A stretch of 64,000 nucleotides of DNA from Amoebidium appalachense (taxonomy: Eukaryota; Protista; Ichthyosporea), in NCBI GenBank assembly GCA_963693365.1, contig CAVNZM010000005.1:4905167-4969166 (forward strand), written 5' to 3'. The position numbers and the translations under genes are program-made. The notes under the pieces are model-generated. The model ran no database searches and was not told the origin of the DNA. It saw only the letters and a list, made by a program, of their open reading frames with translations. Below are positions 40,909-64,000 of this stretch, piece by piece. Numbering within the stretch: position 1 is the stretch's first letter; each line of letters begins with the position of its first letter.

Positions 40909-43180
40909 TATTTTTTTAAAAAAAAGAAAGGGTTATGCTTATCTTAAATTGGAAGTTTTTAATTGTTTTTCGACGTGTAGAACCTTGAAGACGGAAACGA
41001 ATTAGAAACAAATACATTAGCCAGGCAGTATGTATGTGCACCGGCTTCTTTAGGAAGTAAGAATGATAGAGTCTTTCCTGGGTAAACAATTGTGCCTTAT
41101 ATGTTTTTATTATTATCTAACCCCAATATAACCATTCGACCTATTTTCTAGCATGTGCATGCCTGATGGTTTTGCACTCGTTTTGTCGCCAATTATGCAA
41201 GAAAGGTTTCACGGTGATGGCGGCGGGGTGAACACATCATGCACGGATAGCAGAGACCTTTAGAGAATCGAGAAAACAATGTTACTGCGGCTACATCTGT
41301 TGCGTTGTCAAAAAGCTAATAAATATTAATTCGGCTAGTTTTGAATTGTGAGAAAAAGTATAGATCTTTTTCTGTTTTCTTTCAGTGCTCCTTGTGACTC
41401 AGTGAGGAAGGTGCCCCGATGTACATACAGCAGGTGTTTAAAATTTACCCCTTGGCCATGCTCACAGCTGCATGGGGGAATCCGATGGGTGAAAAAAAGG
41501 ATATATCTAGATATGTATACGTACGAATGGCACACATGTACTACTGCTATTATTTGGGGACGTATGAAAGAGACAACAGTGATTAAACAAGATCAACACA
41601 TCTATATATTCAACACTTTATTAGCCTCAGAAATAAACAATTGATGAAATGGCAGTAAACTGGCTGCTGGGCCTGGCAGAGCCCGGCCCCTGACGAATAA
41701 GTAGCAGTTCCTAACACTCATGACTTTAAATTGTTGAAAGCTTTGAAATCGTGCTAATGTAACATTTAAATGCGTTATGATGGCTGAACTTCCTTGCGTT
41801 AAACCGTTGTAGTTTTTGGATCTAGCCAGCAAAACAATTGGCTGTGAGCGCACCGCTTTATCGCAATCTTATTGGCTATGAAAATCTATTTATTTATGGC
41901 GCCAAAAACGCACCAAACGTGGTTGAAGCAGTCACGTGAGCTGCGTGTTCATGTGGCAGAAAACAAAGAACACGGCGGTCGCCATGCAGAAGGCCGCTAT
42001 GTATATGTGTGCCGGCCGGAGGCCCCGCCCCCGCATCAACGTCGCAAAAGCAAAACTTACAAAAAATGAATCAAAGATCGGAAGACAGCCATAATGCTAT
42101 CTCGTACTAATTGACACATGTGAAATGTAGGCTCTCTGATCTCTTTAGATCTCTCTCTCTCTCTCTGCGTGTGTGTGTGTGTGTCTTTCTCTCTCTCTCA
42201 GCTCTCTCTCTCTCCCCCTGTCTCTGATATACACCAATCAGATGCGACTAAATAATCTGCCCCGCAATTTGCAGCATTATTTGCTGTGTGTCACGCAATG
42301 GTCTGCGCTAAATTTTGCGCAGCTGGCTTGCAGGCTTACGGGTGTATGTGTGAGTGTGTGCAAGCAGGTTTACGGAAAGGGAGCCCTACGTAGCCCTGAC
42401 GCTTACGTAGCCCTGTTCACAAAACACTAATACTGCCTCAAAGTTTTTTTGCTTTGTTCGACCGTCGGCTGTGCTGGCCAGTAACAGACCAAGGCTTTTC
42501 TTACATCAGCGGTCCCACTGCAATGTTTACACTTACCGGTTCTCTTTTTCGAAAATAAATTAAAATAGCAAGGGAACAGGTGATGCTATTTCATATTCTA
42601 AATGAGAGCCCAACCGTTGATCAGCCTGCCAGAGGCTCGTAATGCTGTTGAAGTTTTGCAAGCTCAAAATACTATTGTTCACTCAAGGCCAATATGAAAA
42701 AGCACGACACATGAACGATAGGCAAGATGCATACTGTCACCACGCGAACCGTTAGTTAGGTTGGGGCTAAGGCTTCGGGCGTATATCCGAGAAGTAGCCT
42801 GGCCAATCGGGAAACATAGCTCTCTTCCTGTGCCGCGGTAGGTTTCACGTGCGCCGGCGAGGTACGTACACAGTAGCGCGCACGCAGGCACACCCGCAGA
42901 CGTACATCTGCAACCGTAACCGTTCAAGTGCCTACGCGTTCACACGTCCGCTAAAAAGCCCGACGGTGGTGCCCAAACCCACTAACGAAGGTGCATGCAC
43001 AGATGCACTGTAAGATGGCAACACACACGTGCACGGCACATGCACACACACGTGCACGGGAACACACGTTCACCTTTTACATGTATATGTAAAGGGGTGT
43101 GTGTGTTATGTGTGATCATGACGGAGTTTGGGCACGTGGATGTGTGTGTGTGTTGTGTGTGTGTGTGTGTGTGTGTGCAC

Positions 43181-43221
<41 letters not shown>

Positions 43222-43440
43222 GTGCTCACGTGTGTAGAGGGGCGGGAGGGGCGGGGGGGGGGGGGGGGGGGGGGGAGGGGGGGGGGAGGGGTTAGGGGAA
43301 GAATCACAGAGTGTCGGAGGTAGCAATTTCATGACCGACACCTCGGACAGCACATGCAATGTCCGACGCTGAGATCACACTGTTCATGTGCACGTGTATA
43401 AACTTTCAGTACGCCGCAGCTCATATACATGTTGCGGGGA

Positions 43441-43480
<40 letters not shown>

Positions 43481-43821
43481 AGGGGGGCAACTGGAGGGCT
43501 TTGGGTACTTCAGTACACATGGACTCAAGGTTTACCAATAACTTAGTAGTAAGTCAAGTAGCATATATATGAGAGGCCAAAGGGGGGGAGGGAGGGGGGA
43601 GGGGGGGGGGGGGGGGATCGTTGCCCAGTCGTTCAGAGCCTGGGCTCAGTGTGCTGTGTGAGCATTTGCGCACACACGTGTACATGCAGAGGTGTAAGGG
43701 GTGGCATAGAGGTGGTGGGTGATGCGCTGTACATGTGGCTAAACTATTACATTAGCATGCCACCTTTTCTTTTCTAGTTAGACTACACGCGCATGTTGGA
43801 GTGCAGCTCTGTAGGCCTATC

Positions 43822-43883
<62 letters not shown>

Positions 43884-44027
43884 GTGTGTGTGTGCACGTG
43901 TGTGTGTGTGTGTATGTGTGTGTGTGTGTGTATGTCTGTGTGGGGTGATTGGGTGTAGGTTCACATGTCAGTGGTGAGTGGTAATCGTAGTGGAATGCAG
44001 TGTGTTTGTGAGCGCACATGCGCTTAC

Positions 44028-45897
<1,870 letters not shown>

Positions 45898-46428
45898 GCT
45901 GAGACTGCAACTGGCATTGCTGACGTGAAGATGATAACCAGCTGGCTTCTGGCGAGGAAATTAGGCTGGGCTCAGCAATTTAACGTGTGCTGTTGGTAAG
46001 GACACAATTCAGGGCTCTGCTCGATGTGCTCCAAGATACGTACTATTTGGGTGGCTCAATGACTTCCCTTGCCCCAGCCCTCGGGAGCCTAACTACATAT
46101 CAATCAGCATCTAGCCTTATTGGCTTACATGCTGCGTCCTGGGGAGTCCTGGAGTGCTTCGCCTCAAACTCACAGGACGTCAGCTTCGAGTAGTAAGTAT
46201 GCATAAGTCAGGGAAAAGGCAAGCGCATAACTGTTTCTTTTCCTTCAAAGATTTCTTTTGGCAACTCCTTTGTAAAAGCGGCGGCAGACAGGCGCTCAGC
46301 TAGCGGCTGCTCATTGCACGCAGTGCGCGATTGGCAGAATCGACTTGCGCAAGCATGACATCAGGGTCCCGCCGCCCAGCCCTTTAGCATTATAGATGTC
46401 CTCAAGAGCCCTTTCAATCGTGTATGTG

Positions 46429-46500
46429 GACTCCGTGGCGCAACGGTAGCGCGTCTGACTCCAGATCAGAAGGTTGCGTGTTCAAATCACGTCGGGGTCA
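46429..46500 (+). tRNA. tRNA-Trp (CCA)
   Basis: 72 nt with acceptor stem GACTCCG/CGGGGTC, anticodon arm TCTGA-CTCCAGA-TCAGA and T-loop TTCAAAT. Confidence 0.97.
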
Positions 46501-46641
46501 TTCATCTTATTTTGGTTTTGTAGTAGATTCTGATGCGAGTGTGCGTTGTTTTCCTCTTTTTGCCACAAGCGTTGCATGCGCCCCACATACTGATTTGATA
46601 CACAAGGCTACAAGAATAGCAAATTTCAATTGTCTCTCAAG

Positions 46642-46713
46642 GACTCCGTGGCGCAACGGTAGCGCGTCTGACTCCAGATCAGAAGGTTGCGTGTTCAAAT
46701 CACGTCGGGGTCA
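46642..46713 (+). tRNA. tRNA-Trp (CCA), identical second copy
   Basis: Identical to 46429-46500 and followed by a T-run (Pol III terminator). Confidence 0.97.
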
Positions 46714-47657
46714 CTTTTTTCCCTTTTTTTGTTTTCCCCTCTTTTGCAGAGAAAATTTTTTATACGCCCAGCGCCACATCATTGCACACGTCCGTTGCTT
46801 GGCCCACGGTGTGTAAGGCTGCCCACATGCACAGGTGTAGTTCATCAAACAAAAGTGGCACCGAGGTGTGCAGATGTCACACCGCGTTGGTGCATTTGTA
46901 CATGTGCGCGGCTGCGAGCGTGCACGTTTGCCATGCATATGCATAAGCTTGCGTACTTGTGTATGTGCTTGTGCACGTGCGAGAATATGTACATGCACAT
47001 ATATAGATGTCTTTTCACGTGTGGGCACACTGATATTAGGGCCAAAGCGCTCACCTTACAAGATCCCGGTTTTCCTTTATTGTTTATTGGAGGGAGGGGG
47101 AGGGAAGGGGGTGGTGGTGGTGGTGGTGGAAGGGGGGGGGGGGGGAAGGGCGGGAATGATCGAAAATGTAAACTGACATGTAGGGATTTATCTCCTATGG
47201 AAGCCAATTGGTTATTACTGAAACTGGTGCAGTACTGATCATCATCATGCACATCATCATACTTTGGTCGACAGTCTGGCCACTAGCCACTGGCCACTAC
47301 CACCGTCAATTATGTTAACAGTTTCACATTACCAATATCACCTTCATTGGCTTGTAGCAATCCAATCATATGTTCTGATGGAGCAACGTTACTCAAAGAA
47401 ATGACCATGTAAAACAACGTCTACTGTTAAACCTCAGCAACGGATACAATAGTTGAAGTACAGAAAACCCAGGGAATTGATTAAAAGACAAATAATTGCA
47501 TCAGAGAAAACGTGTTCAAATACACAGACAGGCCATAGAACGGAAAAGATAACCGCAAAACCCCTAGAAATCAATAACAAAAAACAAAAACAGGCAGATT
47601 CAACATTCGACTTAAGCAAAGTGAAAAATTGACTTCAAGATTTACCGCATTTCTTGC

Positions 47658-60841
<13,184 letters not shown>

Positions 60842-61737
60842 TTCACTAAACTAAGCAGATCTGAAGTGGCAAGCTAAGTGTAAGCAAATGAACTATTTTT
60901 CCATGCATCCGGCGATGACAACCCCCCCCTCCCCCCTCCCCCCCCTCCCCCCCCCCCCCCTCCCCCCTCCTTCTCCTCCACATCATATTACCAGGACACA
61001 TGCCCACATCATGCCGTGGTTCCTCTTGACCGTCATAATGTCGCCGCATGCCTACTGGTTTTCAATCTTTTTTCAAGTTTAACCAGCAACCAGCATAAAG
61101 GAAACAAAGTCTTCGCCTAAAGACCAAGAGAAGAAACAACACTTAATCCTTTGATGCAGCTCAAAGCTGAACGTTGCAACATTTTTCCACAGAAACCATG
61201 AAAAAAAAGCCGAGCTGTAGAGAAAGTAGAAGGCAAAGAAAGCACCCAACACCTCGGCACACCTTTTCGATTATTGTTGTGTCTTTTCAAGGCGATGTCT
61301 GTCTCAATGAGGCTCTATGTCACTGTGGCAGTGTATGTGTTGTGAGGGTACAGCCTTTTTCGTGAGCTGTTACGTGATGCTGATGGGTTGGTCGCGAGGG
61401 TGTTTTTGTGAGCCAGCGGCTATATTTTCAAATTTTCGATCAATGAGTTCGTTGAAATTTTGGTTCTTAGGGTACCAACATCTGCGAGGCTGTAGGGCTC
61501 CAACTCAGATCGATGAGCACCGGCGGATGTAGGCTACATACAAACGGCAACAGGCTCAGGCGGCTTGAGGGGGGAAACGTTGATACAAAGTGTTTTTCTT
61601 CGATGCAAACTGGGATAACTTTTCTAAAAGGGCCGTTATCTCGCTCCTGTGGCCTTCCCCGCAGTTTATGTGGCTGCTCCAATCCATCTAACCACCTAAC
61701 ATTAGTCTAGCTAGGCGCACCTACCCTTCAAGCAAAC

Positions 61738-62140
61738 ATGAGTAGTTCCGCCGCAAACGCCAACAGCAACGGAAGTGGCAGTGCCACAAAGTCACTCGAG
61801 GAGCGAGCCAAGGATTACTTCAGCAAGTTCGACCTGCGCACCTTTAGAACCCATCAGAGAAATGTACGTAACCACATTTTGTTTTCATCTTGGGCTTGAA
61901 GTACATCGTTTGTCCCGTGCGCATCCCCTTACAGCCCGTACTCCTCCCTGCCTCCTCCTCTCTGCCTCCCGCGCACCACCCTCCCTATCTCCCACCCACT
62001 CTCCCTCTCCATTCCCCCACCCTCTCTCTCTGCCCCTCTCTCTCTCCCTCCCCCTTCCGTCGCTCTTCCTCTACCTCTCCCCCTCTGCGGCCCCTCTTTC
62101 TCTCCCGCCCCCTTTGTCTGGCTCTCTCCCTCCTCTTCCT

Positions 62141-62191
<51 letters not shown>

Positions 62192-62225
62192 GCTTCTTTC
62201 TCTCTTTCTCTTTCTCTTTCTCTCG

Positions 62226-62315
<90 letters not shown>

Positions 62316-62762
62316 CCTCTCTCTCCTTATCCCCGCCCCCCACCCCAATTGCTGTCGAGAATCTTAACGGTTACGACCTCAGATGCCGGATAAGCGACGT
62401 CAGCAACAATTCAAATGTCCTCTGCATTAGCATTCCCTTTTTTTGCGACACCTTTATATTTTCGGCGAGCATGCCGCTCATCAAATCCTTGTGTTGCACA
62501 GTGCTTGGCTTCGTGTTCCTGTGCTAGATATGGTACTCCACCCTTTCTCTTCTCCCCCCCCCCCGTGCCCTTCCACTGTCTGCCTCCCCTCCCCCCCCCC
62601 CCCCCCCCCCCCCCAACACACACACACACAAACCGCCCGCGTTGCATGGCACCGTGTGCCATTCTTCATTGCTTGTGTATGCGCTATTGTGTAACAAAAT
62701 CTAAACAACCCTCCCCCCCCCCCCATCCCTCCCCTCCTCAATCCCTCCCTCCCCCACCCTCC

Positions 62763-62830
<68 letters not shown>

Positions 62831-63109
62831 TTCAGTGTGTGGGGTTCAGCGCAGACAGTGTCTATTTGGCTGTTGGATTTGCAGACCCAGTTATCCATCT
62901 GTACACACCGACAAACCAAGAGGTACCCCCCCCCCCCCCCCCCCTTCGCCCCTCCCCCCCCTCCCCCCCCCCCCCCCCCTTCCCCTCCCTTTCCCGCCGT
63001 TTTAGAAGGAAAGGAAAGGGGGAAGAAAAAACGACAGAAGGAAAGAAAGGGATGTGTTTGTGTGTGTGTGTGTGCGCGCACGCATGTGTTGGGGCATGTG
63101 TTGGGGAAG

Positions 63110-63144
<35 letters not shown>

Positions 63145-63446
63145 GGACGATTCAGAAGAAAATAGCGTGTGCCGAGTGCAAAGCTGTGTAGGTGTAGGCT
63201 GTGTTCCTGGTAACCACGTGTTAGCCAAGCCATTTTCCGATGAACACAAACCTTTTTTTTTTTTTTTTTTGCATGTTTGAGAGTGGCATTACTGTCACAC
63301 GATGTGTCCCCCTCCAGTGGCCTGCTTAGTTATGGTGTCACGACATGAACCACCAATCTCCTTTCTAATCATCGTCTTACGTTATGCGTTGTTTTCTGAT
63401 GTTCTTACTCGATTCCCCCACCGCTTTCAAAACATACATGCACGCG

Positions 63447-63533
<87 letters not shown>

Positions 63534-63660
63534 CTTGGGGAGTGCAAAGTCCTACAAGGCCACACCAAGGATGTTGTATTTTTGGCCTGGGCCCCGGGCA
63601 AGATCCCTCTCTTGGCCACGGTTTCATTAGACAAAACACTAAAAATCTGGGATGCAAGAT
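61738..63660 (+). CDS. WD40-repeat protein, THOC3/Tex1-like; 5' exons only (continues beyond the window)
   Basis: Exons 61738-61863, 62830-62922 and 63534-63660, GT-AG and in frame: ..DYFSKFDLRTFRTHQRNIQCVGFSADSVYLAVG..LQGHTKDVVFLAWAPGKIPLLATVSLDKTLKIWDAR. The WD40 call is clear; THOC3 orthology is from recalled similarity. Confidence 0.75.
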
Positions 63661-63811
63661 GTAAATATCCCACCCCTCCCCGCTTTCCGCCTGATTGCAG
63701 TAAGAATGAAAAAAAAAACCACATGTTTTTCTTGAACCAAATATTTTCCTCCTTCAACCCTGACAAATGGACATGCCCAATCGTTGTAAGATAGCTGGAT
63801 AGTTCTATCCC

Positions 63812-63865
<54 letters not shown>

Positions 63866-64000
63866 CTTCCAGACAACAACAACAACAAAACCGAAATTCT
63901 CATGCTTCCCTTTCCCACCGATATTCTCATTCCTTTGTTCAATATGCTCATTACGGGCCCATCCTCCCACGCTATGCTTCCTCACTGCCAGGCTTCATCG

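Noticed and set aside
46424-46816. 130-aa ORF with an internal repeat
   Set aside because: It is a translation of the two identical tRNA-Trp genes.

Overview
This is eukaryotic, intron-rich genomic DNA, most likely from a unicellular holozoan such as an ichthyosporean (inferred from animal-type gene content and intron style). Most ORFs in the supplied track are artefacts of (CA)n, (GA)n and poly-C/G tracts. Manual splicing recovers seven genes: FBXL6-like (3' part, +), a zinc-ribbon/low-complexity protein (-), PARP16 (+), a SETMAR-type pre-SET/SET/post-SET methyltransferase (-), a PH-domain protein (-), ALG6 (-) and a THOC3-like WD40 protein (5' part, +). The window also holds an orphan membrane-anchored ORF, two tRNA-Trp(CCA) genes and a degenerate Copia element. 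Four observations stand out. (1) A ~250-nt intronic repeat family has 8 copies or fragments, all sense to the host gene, with a shared 3' end abutting poly-C and variable 5' truncation. Its core folds into a multi-helix RNA with a kink-turn and a putative pseudoknot, supported by compensatory changes between two subfamilies. (2) There are two U12 minor-spliceosome introns (AT-AC in ALG6, GT-AG in PARP16). (3) Many acceptors are simply the end of a (CA)n run. (4) The Copia has a perfect TSD but its 5' LTR is cut to 18 bp and fused to an inverted gag-protease block. Homopolymer errors are evident, so single-base oddities need read-level checks.
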